Positions 1-8,964 of a DNA stretch of 64,000 nucleotides are shown here, piece after piece; the first letter of the stretch is position 1; every line of letters starts with the position of its first letter. The position numbers and the translations under genes are program-made. The notes beneath the pieces were generated by a model that worked only from the letters and a program-made list of their open reading frames with translations, was not told the DNA's origin and did no database searches. Source of the stretch: Acutalibacteraceae bacterium (GTDB taxonomy: Bacteria; Bacillota; Clostridia; Oscillospirales; Acutalibacteraceae); NCBI GenBank assembly GCA_045594685.1, contig JAZNYZ010000003.1:5670-69669 (forward strand). The letters are read 5' to 3'.

Positions 1-416
1 GCAGATGCGCTGCTTCACTTACATATATTGCAGAATGCAAGAAGTACACATCACCCGAAACACTTCCTGACGGGTGGGTTATATCAACGCAGTTTTTCTA
101 CATCCGCAAGACTGACAATCGACTTGTGGGTATGATACAGGTGCGCCATTATTTCAATGATTGGCTTTCAAAGTTTGGCGGTCATATCGGGTATTCAATA
201 AAACCAAGCGAAAGAAGAAAAGGCTATGCAACATCAATGCTCCGTGCCATTCTCCCGTATTGCAAAGACCTCGGTCTTGATAAAATACTCATAACCTGTA
301 TTGACGGCAACATAGGTAGCGAGAAAGCAATACTTAATAACGGTGGTGTTTATGAATCAACTGTATATGAACCTGATGGAAAACGCAATTTAAAAAGATT
401 TTGGATAACATTGTAA
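1..416 (+). CDS. GNAT-family N-acetyltransferase, 5' end outside window
   Basis: This frame is open from base 3 to the stop at 414-416, with no stop upstream of the listed Met at 126. The core RRKGYATSML...GSEKAILNNGG resembles the GNAT acetyl-CoA binding region. Confidence 0.7.
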   Translation, partial: RCAASLTYIAECKKYTSPETLPDGWVISTQFFYIRKTDNRLVGMIQVRHYFNDWLSKFGGHIGYSIKPSERRKGYATSMLRAILPYCKDLGLDKILITCIDGNIGSEKAILNNGGVYESTVYEPDGKRNLKRFWITL

Positions 417-426
417 AGGAAAAATT

Positions 427-1026
427 ATGAAAGAAAACCCCATCGCAAAACACTATGACATTTTAATAAACGAAGGCAACGACCCTGTTCACGACCCCGC
501 ACCACTTAAAGCGTATATGGATAAGTGGGATGGTCAGGAGTTTATTGATAAAATGCAATTATCAAAGGAAAAGACTGTTCTTGAAATCGGTGTAGGAACA
601 GGCAGACTTGCTGTTCGTACTGCACCACTTTGCAAGGCTTTTTATGGTATCGATATTTCACCCGAAACAATAAAAGGAGCTCAAAAGAACCTTGAAGAAT
701 ACCAAAATGTAAATCTCATGTGTGATGATTTTATGACATATAATTTCAAACTTACCTTTGATGTTATATATTCATCACTTACATTTATGCATATAAAAGA
801 CAAACCAAGTGCTATAAACAAGGCTCGGCAGTTACTTAAAAATGGTGGTTTATTTGTGTTATCTACAGATAAAAACCAAGATAAATATATTGATATCGGT
901 TCAAATAAAATTGAGGTTTATCCCGACACAGCGGCAGATATTACACGGTGCATAAACAATTCGGGTTTACAATTTCTTGAACACTATGAAACTGAATTTG
1001 CAAATGTTTTTATTTGCAGGAAATGA
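427..1026 (+). CDS. Class I SAM-dependent methyltransferase
   Basis: Motif I VLEIGVGTGRLA and downstream D-I-S / DVIYSS motifs typical of the Rossmann-fold MTases. RBS aaggaaaa lies upstream of the ATG. Confidence 0.8.
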   Translation: MKENPIAKHYDILINEGNDPVHDPAPLKAYMDKWDGQEFIDKMQLSKEKTVLEIGVGTGRLAVRTAPLCKAFYGIDISPETIKGAQKNLEEYQNVNLMCDDFMTYNFKLTFDVIYSSLTFMHIKDKPSAINKARQLLKNGGLFVLSTDKNQDKYIDIGSNKIEVYPDTAADITRCINNSGLQFLEHYETEFANVFICRK

Positions 1027-1039
1027 AAAAGGACAAAAA

Positions 1040-2305
1040 ATGAAAATAATCAACACTTGTGAAAAAATTAAATCCGTTTTTGCAGATGGTTATGATATTA
1101 AATTGTGGCGTGAATATGCAGGTGAAATATCAAAAAATCTTACGTCAAAATGCGAAAACGATGCCAAAAACTATGATTTTGAAAAAGAGGTTCTGCCTGT
1201 TCTTGAAAATGCTTTGAATGAAGAAAAAATCGATTTTGTAAGCCGTAATTTTCAAATAGTAATTGACACTTTGAACGAAAATCTTTCAAAGCTTTTTGAG
1301 AGCGAGCCTGACATAAATATTATTCTTTATCTTGGACTTTGTAATGGTGCAGGTTGGGCAACTACACTTGACGGCAAAAATACCGTTCTTCTCGGTGTTG
1401 AAAAGATTATCGAGCTTAATTGGGGCGATGAAACAAATATGCGCGCCCTGATACTGCACGAAATCGGTCATTTATGGCACAAAATGAACGGAAATCTTTA
1501 TATTCCTGATTTCACTAAACGCAGAAAAGCTATTCAGCAACTCTATCAAGAGGGTGTTGCTATGGTTTGCGAACAGATTTTATGTGATGATGAATTTTAT
1601 CATCAGAATAAAGACGGTTGGCTTGATTGGTGCTATGACAACGAGAACGATATAAAGAAAGAATATCTCCGTTGCCTTGATGAAAAAGAAAGTGTTCAGG
1701 ATTTCTTTGGCGATTGGCAGAGCTACAACGGTCATTCTGATGTGGGCTATTTTCTCGGTTGCCGTTTTGTGCGTCACCTTATGAAAAAGCAGACCATAAA
1801 AGAAGTTGCGAATATGAAATACAAGGTAATAAACAAAGCATTCACAGAGTTTGCAAACACGGTTATCGAACCTCTCAAACTCGAAGAATACTACAAGTGC
1901 TCTAACATCTGGAACATGAAAGCTCAACCTCTTGCCGAAAAGTGGCGTGAGGAAATTGAGTCGGGCAATCGTCTTGTTTTTATTTATAAAATCAATGGCG
2001 AGTTTATAGGTGAGGGTGCATTGGTTTTAGATACAGGCGACCCTGATTATACTATATCTGGTCAGCGTGTTTATGTTTCGAGAATGATTGTTAAAAAGGA
2101 ATACAGGAACCGTGGTATCGGTAGCGAAATTCTTGCGTTCCTTGTTGATAAAGCTAAGAAAATGAGATTTGTTGAAATGACTATCGGTGTTGATAAGGAT
2201 AACGAAAACGCCTTGCATTTATACAGAAAATACGGCTTTACCGAAGTCCTTTTTGATGGTGCTGATAAAGACGGAGAATATTATAAGTTAATGAAGAGAA
2301 TATAA
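1040..2305 (+). CDS. Fusion protein: HExxH zinc-metallopeptidase-like domain plus C-terminal GNAT acetyltransferase domain
   Basis: HEIGHLWH motif in the N-terminal half. The C-terminal RNRGIGSEILAFLVDKAKK...ALHLYRKYGF is a GNAT core. Start moved to ATG 1040 (MKIINT), because the listed start at 977 overlaps the upstream gene and lacks an RBS. Confidence 0.6.
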   Translation: MKIINTCEKIKSVFADGYDIKLWREYAGEISKNLTSKCENDAKNYDFEKEVLPVLENALNEEKIDFVSRNFQIVIDTLNENLSKLFESEPDINIILYLGLCNGAGWATTLDGKNTVLLGVEKIIELNWGDETNMRALILHEIGHLWHKMNGNLYIPDFTKRRKAIQQLYQEGVAMVCEQILCDDEFYHQNKDGWLDWCYDNENDIKKEYLRCLDEKESVQDFFGDWQSYNGHSDVGYFLGCRFVRHLMKKQTIKEVANMKYKVINKAFTEFANTVIEPLKLEEYYKCSNIWNMKAQPLAEKWREEIESGNRLVFIYKINGEFIGEGALVLDTGDPDYTISGQRVYVSRMIVKKEYRNRGIGSEILAFLVDKAKKMRFVEMTIGVDKDNENALHLYRKYGFTEVLFDGADKDGEYYKLMKRI

Positions 2306-2311
2306 AAGCAA

Positions 2312-2349
2312 ACACCTATGAAACTGAGATTTTTCGGCTTCATAGGTGT
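2312..2349. terminator. Bidirectional intrinsic terminator between convergent genes
   Basis: Stem acacctatgaa (2312-2322) pairs perfectly with ttcataggtgt (2339-2349). T-rich flanks on both strands. Confidence 0.7.
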
Positions 2350-2357
2350 TATTTTAT

Positions 2358-3659
2358 TTAAAGCTTAACTTTTATAAAAATGACAGATTCGGCAGGAAGC
2401 TTGCTTTTGAATTCATAATCCTCCCAGACAGCTCCATCTGTAATAATCTTACATTCAGTGATATGCTTGACACCAATTAAATCAAGCTCAATGGCCTTTT
2501 CTTCTTCGGTTACGTTTGCCATAACAATGCATCCGTCTGCATCTCTTGATGCGCATGCATAAACGCCCTCGGGTAACTCACCAATCTGGATTTGCTTGCT
2601 TCGCTTATAAAGCTCACCGAAAGCAACAAAGGAATAATAGGTGGGGAGAGGCTTGAAGCTTACGCAGTCAAAAAGCCCTGCATATATTCCCATATTGCAT
2701 CTTGCATCATAAAACATCGCGCTATCCAATGAGGTGCCTTGCAATGCTAAAAGCATTCCGCAGGTGAGTGCAGCGTGCCTGATTGTTCCCTTAAGCTCAG
2801 GGTGGAAGTTCCATTCGTTTAGGGTGTGCTCGGCACTTTCGTAGCCTACATCATCCAAACGCTTTCGGGCATAGGTAGCCCATTGAAGATTTGCTTCAAT
2901 ATCGGCATAGCTGTGCCATGAGAAAAAGTCCAATGGACAATTATGTGCCTTGATGTACTCTAAAAATCCATCAAGGAAATCAATGAAATATTGGTAGCGT
3001 GGTGAGCAAGCGCCGACATTGGTTTGACTATCGGTAATAGCGTAGAAGCCACAACTTGCATAGCCACCGATTTTAAGGTGTGGGAACCTTTCTTTAAGGT
3101 GCTTTGAAGCAACCTCATATAGCCTGTAGTAATCCTCGGGTGTGCCTGCCCACATCTGATTTTCTTCAGGACTTTCAAAATTATCAGGCTCGTTCCATAT
3201 TTCCCAATAGGTTATTTTATAGTTGAAGCCATTTGCCCAGCCCTCGGTATAATGACGGATAACGCCCTCGCAGATACGCGCCCATTTTTCATAATCACTG
3301 GGTGGGTCAATGCGATAAGCCTTGATTTTACGGTGGTTTTCAATAGTTACACCTAAACGGAAGAAGGGCTCAATACCACGCTCAACAAGAGCGTTGATAA
3401 GTAAGTCCGTAAAATCAAAGTCATAGCTTTCAGGGTCTTCAGGGTCACGGGAAAAATCACGGAAAAGGTTAGGTATATCCACATACAGATTACCACCAAA
3501 GGCACCGCCTACATCGTGAAGGCGTGAATAGGGGATATGAGCCTCTTTAAGATAATCACACATAGAAAAATCAATGCCTGTAAATGGTGGCTGACCCACA
3601 CCGTGCATAGGCTTGATTGTACCGATTTCCTGAGTAAAGTCCATAGTAGTTTTGCTCAA
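2358..3659 (-). CDS. Glycoside hydrolase, clan GH-A (GH39-like)
   Basis: YWEIWNEPDN acid/base motif and a TIM-barrel-like layout. TTG start at 3659 lies 6 nt after acggggtg. Confidence 0.6.
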   Translation of the reverse strand: MSKTTMDFTQEIGTIKPMHGVGQPPFTGIDFSMCDYLKEAHIPYSRLHDVGGAFGGNLYVDIPNLFRDFSRDPEDPESYDFDFTDLLINALVERGIEPFFRLGVTIENHRKIKAYRIDPPSDYEKWARICEGVIRHYTEGWANGFNYKITYWEIWNEPDNFESPEENQMWAGTPEDYYRLYEVASKHLKERFPHLKIGGYASCGFYAITDSQTNVGACSPRYQYFIDFLDGFLEYIKAHNCPLDFFSWHSYADIEANLQWATYARKRLDDVGYESAEHTLNEWNFHPELKGTIRHAALTCGMLLALQGTSLDSAMFYDARCNMGIYAGLFDCVSFKPLPTYYSFVAFGELYKRSKQIQIGELPEGVYACASRDADGCIVMANVTEEEKAIELDLIGVKHITECKIITDGAVWEDYEFKSKLPAESVIFIKVKL

Positions 3660-3867
3660 CTAAAACACCCCGTATCTTAGATTTATGATAATTATACCAC
3701 CCATAACACAAAAAGCAACAGTGAAAAACACAATAGATATTGTTGTTTGTTAACGATATGGATGGGTGAATAGTATATCCGGCAGTTATATCAGCTTCCG
3801 GTTACTATTAATTAATTAAATCAGATGAATTTAACCTCACAAAGTCCCAAGAATGTCCCAATGGATG

Positions 3868-3876
3868 TGATATAAT
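3868..3876 (+). promoter_or_regulatory. Extended -10 promoter element (TGaTATAAT) upstream of the ATPase gene
   Basis: tgatataat at 3868-3876, about 40 nt upstream of the ATG at 3919. The -35 is weak. Confidence 0.35.
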
Positions 3877-3918
3877 CTGGGTGTATTAAGAAATTAGTTG
3901 TGAAGGCAGGGGAGCGAA

Positions 3919-4767
3919 ATGTACATAAAATCCTTAAAACTGACATCAGATGCGGATGAAATAATATTTATAAAAAATCAAGTCCGCACTTGTTATAACG
4001 GTGTTTATCCTTTCAAAATCTTTCCTGATAAAGGGCTTGAAAGGGTGGATTTTGCACCCATAACAATTTTCTATGGCGGTAATGGTTCGGGCAAAACCAC
4101 ACTTCTCAATATTCTTGCAGAGCTAACAGGTGTAACACGTCATTCTGCATTCAGTGGTAGTGCGTTTTTCAAGGAATATACACGCTATTGTCAGTTAGAT
4201 GCAAAGCCAATACCCGAATGTAGTCAGATTCTCACAAGTGATGATGTTACCGATTATCTTCTCAATATCCGCTATCTGAATGACGGTATTGATGTTCGCA
4301 GAAACGAGTTGTTTGACGAATATCTAGACAGAAAATATAGCCACCACCAACTGAAATCAATGGCAGACTATGATGAGTGGAAAGAAAGTATGGATGCGAA
4401 AAAATCAACACAGTCTATGTATGTTAAAAATCGACTTATGCGAAATGTTGATATGCAGTCAAATGGTGAAACTGCCATCAAATATTATACTGAAAGAATA
4501 GATAGGGATGCCCTGTATCTCATTGATGAGCCTGAAAATTCACTTTCTGCCATAAGGCAAAAGGAATTGGCGGAGTATATCCACCAATCCGCAAGATTTT
4601 TCGGTTGTCAGTTTGTAATTTCAACCCATTCACCGTTCTTTTTAGCAATGCCCGGCGCAAAGATTTATAACCTAGATTTGTATCCCGCAAGGGAATGTAA
4701 TTGGACAGAGCTCGAAAACGTACGAGCCTACTACGACTTTTTCAAGGAACACGAAAATGAGTTTTGA
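3919..4767 (+). CDS. ABC/AAA_21-type ATPase with no fused effector domain
   Basis: Walker A GGNGSGKTTLLN, Walker B/D-loop LYLIDEPENSLS, H-loop ISTHSPFFL. RBS ggcaggggag. Confidence 0.75.
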   Translation: MYIKSLKLTSDADEIIFIKNQVRTCYNGVYPFKIFPDKGLERVDFAPITIFYGGNGSGKTTLLNILAELTGVTRHSAFSGSAFFKEYTRYCQLDAKPIPECSQILTSDDVTDYLLNIRYLNDGIDVRRNELFDEYLDRKYSHHQLKSMADYDEWKESMDAKKSTQSMYVKNRLMRNVDMQSNGETAIKYYTERIDRDALYLIDEPENSLSAIRQKELAEYIHQSARFFGCQFVISTHSPFFLAMPGAKIYNLDLYPARECNWTELENVRAYYDFFKEHENEF

Positions 4768-4778
4768 GGGGGGAGATT

Positions 4779-5303
4779 ATGTCAAAGATAAAAGAATGCG
4801 CAAGGCAATTAAATGAGGCAATATTTCAAACTCACGAAGAAATCTATACTGTGCGAAGTCTTGATATTGCAGAGCGGTTATCCGAAGATTCATGTTATCG
4901 AGTTATTACCCTGAGAAAGAGTTATAACAAGACTGTTCAAGAAAGGGTGCAAATACTCTATAAAACTTTGAAAAATAATCTATTGCATAACGAAGAGTTA
5001 TTAACAGATAATCGTTGTTTTACAATTAAAGGCAAAGACTATCAGATTGTATATTGCATTGAAACTTATAAAAAGAATGCGGATAGAATCTGGTATATCG
5101 AGGACGGTAAGGTTTGCACCGCTTTTATCAGGCGTATGGGTATAGAGGTAGCATTCAAATGGTTAAAGGATAATCCAGAATACAGAAAAGCTATAGGCGA
5201 AAGAATGTACCTTGAAGCTATGAATGAAACCTATCCGAATCCTGCAGATAGATTTGTTGCCTCTGTTAATATTGAGAAGCAATTTATAAAGCAATTTAAA
5301 TGA
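4779..5303 (+). CDS. Hypothetical protein, partner of the ATPase
   Basis: ATG 4779 lies behind the strong RBS gagggggga and 12 nt after the ATPase stop. No motif recognised. Confidence 0.55.
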   Translation: MSKIKECARQLNEAIFQTHEEIYTVRSLDIAERLSEDSCYRVITLRKSYNKTVQERVQILYKTLKNNLLHNEELLTDNRCFTIKGKDYQIVYCIETYKKNADRIWYIEDGKVCTAFIRRMGIEVAFKWLKDNPEYRKAIGERMYLEAMNETYPNPADRFVASVNIEKQFIKQFK

Positions 5304-5512
5304 ATCGCGGTGTGATTATGGACTGGAACAACAATGGAAAATTTGATGCTGGAGATTACGCTCACTATAAAATGGCGATCGAATCATCCAACAAAAGCGC
5401 AAGTAATAATTCATCAAGCAATATAGGCATAGACGGTGGTTTGAAGTTTTTGGTGATCGTTATCGTTGTCTCGGTTGTGTACGCCGTCCTTGAGGCAATG
5501 GGTTCAAGCTGA
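5300..5512 (+). CDS. Small membrane-anchored protein with an EF-hand-like loop
   Basis: ATGA overlap with the upstream stop. Loop DWNNNGKFDAGD fits D-x-N-x-N-G-x-hydrophobic-D-x-x-D. C-terminal TM segment LKFLVIVIVVSVVYAVL. An alternative start exists at 5318. Confidence 0.5.
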   Translation: MNRGVIMDWNNNGKFDAGDYAHYKMAIESSNKSASNNSSSNIGIDGGLKFLVIVIVVSVVYAVLEAMGSS

Positions 5513-5546
5513 TTTAATAAAAAAATAAAGAATAGGGGATAGTATC

Positions 5547-5687
5547 ATGATGAACGGCATTTTCGGCGACATGTTCGATTTAAATAACGAAGGCAACCTT
5601 GATGCCTTTGAACAAGGTCTGGAATTTATGTTCCTTGACGAATTAACAAAAGAAGAATCAGACAATTCAGATGATGACGATTTCTAA
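5547..5687 (+). CDS. 46-aa acidic microprotein with a canonical EF-hand loop (below the ORF-track cutoff)
   Basis: RBS ggggat 8 nt upstream. Translation MMNGIFGDMFDLNNEGNLDAFEQGLEFMFLDELTKEESDNSDDDDF. The loop DLNNEGNLDAFE matches the EF-hand consensus. Confidence 0.45.
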   Translation: MMNGIFGDMFDLNNEGNLDAFEQGLEFMFLDELTKEESDNSDDDDF

Positions 5688-5691
5688 AACG

Positions 5692-5735
5692 AAAACAAAG
5701 GTTAAGACAAAATCTTAGCCTTTGTTTTGTGCTTT
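5692..5735 (+). terminator. Intrinsic terminator
   Basis: aaaacaaagg (5692-5701) pairs with cctttgtttt (5719-5728), followed by a T-rich tail. Confidence 0.65.
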
Positions 5736-5879
5736 TGTTCAAAATCAAATGTGCCAATTTGTGCGTTTCGCTGAATTTTTGAAAATATCAAAAAATATGT
5801 GAAGTATTTGTCGAAATTTGTCATATATATACGAGAAGATATTTTGTTAGATAAAGCGTAAGAAGAGTGGGGTGTTATT

Positions 5880-6356
5880 ATGTTGTATATAAAACAACTA
5901 TGTGTTAGTTTTAGAAAAGCAATGGATGATGCTAGGGAGAATGGAGATTTTATAAAGTGTTCGACTTTTTCTAAATTTCCACAAGAATGTTGTGATATGA
6001 CATGTGATTTGTTGGGGTGCTTTTTAGCCGAAAATGGTATTTATACGTATCAGATTAACGGCCAACATTTTCGTGATTCGTTTCGTAGACATTCATGGTT
6101 AGTTGCTGGAAATGGAGTGATTATTGATATTACAGGCGATCAATTTAATGGAAAAGGGTTGTTTGATGATTATGTTGACCCCGTATATGTTGATACAGTG
6201 GAATCATTTGTTCATAAAAATTTTTGTAAAAGGAGAATAAAAGAAGAAAATACAATATTTACTGATGAAGAATATTTTGAGGGGTTTGGAAATACGCCAA
6301 ATTATCGACAAAAAAGTTTAAAAGATTTATACGATAAAATTAAGGCGTATTTGTAG
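5880..6356 (+). CDS. Hypothetical protein (Cys...His...Asp arrangement, possibly a papain-like fold)
   Basis: RBS agagtgggg. Conserved-looking QECCDMTCD, RRHSWL and IIDITGDQF segments. No secure family assignment. Confidence 0.5.
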   Translation: MLYIKQLCVSFRKAMDDARENGDFIKCSTFSKFPQECCDMTCDLLGCFLAENGIYTYQINGQHFRDSFRRHSWLVAGNGVIIDITGDQFNGKGLFDDYVDPVYVDTVESFVHKNFCKRRIKEENTIFTDEEYFEGFGNTPNYRQKSLKDLYDKIKAYL

Positions 6357-6430
6357 TTTTTGTAATATACCATACATTGTGCTTTGCGGATCTTATAGCA
6401 AACCAATATGCAAAAAATGTCGAAATATAG

Positions 6431-6459
6431 TTGACATACCGTGAAAACCTTGATATACT
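6431..6459 (+). promoter_or_regulatory. Sigma-A type promoter of the dnd operon
   Basis: TTGACA (6431-6436), 17-nt spacer, TATACT (6454-6459). The -10 lies inside a 12-bp-period direct repeat, ATATACTTA at 6453-6461 and 6465-6473. Confidence 0.6.
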
Positions 6460-6495
6460 TACGTATATACTTAAGTATAATTGGAGGCGAGGGTT

Positions 6496-7554
6496 TTGAA
6501 GTATCAGTTTTCTGCTGTGAAAGGGAAACAGGCAGGCAAAGAATATTACATTTGTATGGTACCTCTTGGTTTATTAAGTAGAATTTTTCCTAGCGATAAT
6601 AATGATGTTGCACCAGAACATCGTGCACAAAGGAAATTAAATGAATTAAGGGTTCCGGAAATTAGGGATTACATATTAGAAAATAGGGATTCGTACGTTT
6701 TTTCTGCGTTGGCAGCTTCCGTTGATGGTGAAATGCGTTTTGTTCCAGCTTCACCAGAGTCTAATGTGGGGTTGCTTGAAATTGATATGAGAGCTACTTT
6801 TCTTATAAATGATGGTCAACACAGAAAAGCAGCAATAGAAGCTGCACTTTTTGAGGATGAAAGTCTTGGAGATGAAACAATTTCGGTTGTAATGTTTAAA
6901 GATAAAGGTTTGCAATCAAGCCAACAGATGTTTACTGATCTTAATAAACATGCAGTAACGACTTCAAAGTCCCTAAATACTCTATATGAGTCAAAAGACC
7001 GTGTTGCTATAATTACTAAAAATGTTGTTAATTCAATTGATTTTTTACGGAAGTATACTGATAAAGAAAAAGATAACTTAAGTAAATTCTCATCTAATAT
7101 TTTTACGCTTAACACTTTCTATACAGCTCACAAAAGAATTGTGAAAATTATAGGTGATGATGAGGATAGTGAAAAACTTATATATGATTTTTGGTGTAAC
7201 GTTGTAAATAATATGCGAGAATGGAATGAGATGGATAAAGGTGAATTAAGCAAAAAAAGCCTTCGTGAGGATTATATTACCACGCAGGGATTAATTATTC
7301 TTTCTCTTGGTCGAGTTTGCGAGTTTTTATGTCGCCATTCTGATATTGATATGCCAAATGCATTAATAGGCTTAAATAAAATAGATTGGCTTCGCAACAA
7401 CGAAGAATGTTGGATGAATCGAGCTATTAAACCCAACGGAAAAATTAATAGAAATGAACAGGGCATTTTTATGACCTATGTCCAAATAAAAAGATTGCTT
7501 GGGTTGCCTATAACAGAAGAAGAACTAAAAAAAGAATCGATTATGAGAGGATAA
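6496..7554 (+). CDS. dndB: DNA sulfur modification protein DndB (DGQHR domain)
   Basis: N-terminal FSAVKGKQAGKEYYICMVPLGLLSRIF and the INDGQHR motif. TTG at 6496 lies 8 nt after GGAGG (6483-6487); the ORF-track start at 6481 overlaps that RBS. Confidence 0.85.
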   Translation: MKYQFSAVKGKQAGKEYYICMVPLGLLSRIFPSDNNDVAPEHRAQRKLNELRVPEIRDYILENRDSYVFSALAASVDGEMRFVPASPESNVGLLEIDMRATFLINDGQHRKAAIEAALFEDESLGDETISVVMFKDKGLQSSQQMFTDLNKHAVTTSKSLNTLYESKDRVAIITKNVVNSIDFLRKYTDKEKDNLSKFSSNIFTLNTFYTAHKRIVKIIGDDEDSEKLIYDFWCNVVNNMREWNEMDKGELSKKSLREDYITTQGLIILSLGRVCEFLCRHSDIDMPNALIGLNKIDWLRNNEECWMNRAIKPNGKINRNEQGIFMTYVQIKRLLGLPITEEELKKESIMRG

Positions 7555-7560
7555 ATTACA

Positions 7561-8964
7561 ATGCCCTATACTGGTAAATTTCAAGCATTTGAAGATATTA
7601 TAAAAGAAATAATGATTGTGTACAAACACGATGAACGTCCATGGCTTATTGGATATAGCGGCGGTAAAGACTCAACCTTATTGGTCAGTCTTGTTTATGA
7701 GTCGGTTAAACGTCTGAAAGATGTAGGCGCTGAGCTTACAAAAAAGGTTTATATTATAACCTCCGATACTATGGTTGAAAATCCAATAGTAAAAAATTAT
7801 ATGCATTCATCTTCGAAGAGCATCAACATAGCAGCAAAGAAAGATCGGCTTTCTGATGTTATCAAAGCGGATGTTATATATCCTGAAGCGGATCAGACAT
7901 TTTGGAGCCGTGTAATTGGTCTTGGCTATCCTACTCCCGAACCTCCCGGATTTAGATGGTGTACCGAGCGTTTAAAGATTAACCCTATGAACAAATATGT
8001 TAATGATCGTATTAAGGAAAGCGGAGAAATTGTCGTACTATTAGGTGTGCGTAAAGGCGAAAGTCTTACACGTATGAAGACAATAACAGCGCGTGAAATC
8101 GAAGGTAAACTTCTTAATATGCATAATGATATACCCAATGCATATGTTTACAATCCTATAACAGAAATTCCCAATGAACTTGTTTGGGAATTCTTACTTA
8201 AAGATGACTGTAAAAGCCCTTGGGGGACCGATATGAAATATCTCTTTAATCTCTATCAAGGCGAAAACCTTGGTGAAGAAAAAAGTGTGTTGGGAGAAGT
8301 TGATAGAGATAAAATCCCTGTAACCGGAAATTCCCGATTCGGTTGTTGGTGTTGTACTATGGTTAAAGAAGACAAATCTCTTCAAAATTTTATTAACCAT
8401 TCAAATGAAGAAGATGCAAAACAATTAACCATGTTACGTGACTTTAGGAACAAGCTTCTTGAGATGCGTGAAGATACCAATATGAGAGATCACAAACGTC
8501 GTAATGGTGCTGTTTACAAAAAAGCTGATGGTTCCTTTGGTATGGGACCGTTTACGCTCGAAGCAAGACGTATGATTTTGGAAGGGCTTTTAGAACTTGA
8601 GAATAAAACAGGTTTAGAGCTTATTACTATTGCTGAACTTAAAGTGATAGATAAGATGTGGGATGAAGAAGGCGATTTAACTTGTAGAAATTTGGTTGAC
8701 ACTTACTATAAAGTTAAAGGTAAAAAGCTGCCTTGGGATGATTACAAGACGGCCAGATTTGATGACGAAGCGATAATATCTATTAAAGCTGTAGCTGAAA
8801 AATACAACATTCCTGTTGAACTTATTACAAAACTCATTGTTTCGGTTGATACGAATAAGCACATTACTCGTAATAACAAAATGCAAAAATCATTCGACCA
8901 AATCATCGGTCAAGGATGGTTGCACTATGATGCAGTCGAAGGAGTATTCGAGAATGAAAATTAA
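7561..8964 (+). CDS. dndC: DNA phosphorothioation sulfurtransferase DndC (PAPS-reductase/PP-loop family)
   Basis: PP-loop GYSGGKDST, a CWCC cysteine cluster, size of 467 aa, and position between dndB and dndD. Confidence 0.85.
   Translation: MPYTGKFQAFEDIIKEIMIVYKHDERPWLIGYSGGKDSTLLVSLVYESVKRLKDVGAELTKKVYIITSDTMVENPIVKNYMHSSSKSINIAAKKDRLSDVIKADVIYPEADQTFWSRVIGLGYPTPEPPGFRWCTERLKINPMNKYVNDRIKESGEIVVLLGVRKGESLTRMKTITAREIEGKLLNMHNDIPNAYVYNPITEIPNELVWEFLLKDDCKSPWGTDMKYLFNLYQGENLGEEKSVLGEVDRDKIPVTGNSRFGCWCCTMVKEDKSLQNFINHSNEEDAKQLTMLRDFRNKLLEMREDTNMRDHKRRNGAVYKKADGSFGMGPFTLEARRMILEGLLELENKTGLELITIAELKVIDKMWDEEGDLTCRNLVDTYYKVKGKKLPWDDYKTARFDDEAIISIKAVAEKYNIPVELITKLIVSVDTNKHITRNNKMQKSFDQIIGQGWLHYDAVEGVFENEN

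Noticed and set aside
8816-8953. 46-codon N-terminal extension of DndD in the ORF track
   Set aside because: It runs out of frame through the 3' end of dndC. The ATG at 8954 gives the canonical MKIKKIQLKNIGPY SMC-type N-terminus and a stop/start overlap.
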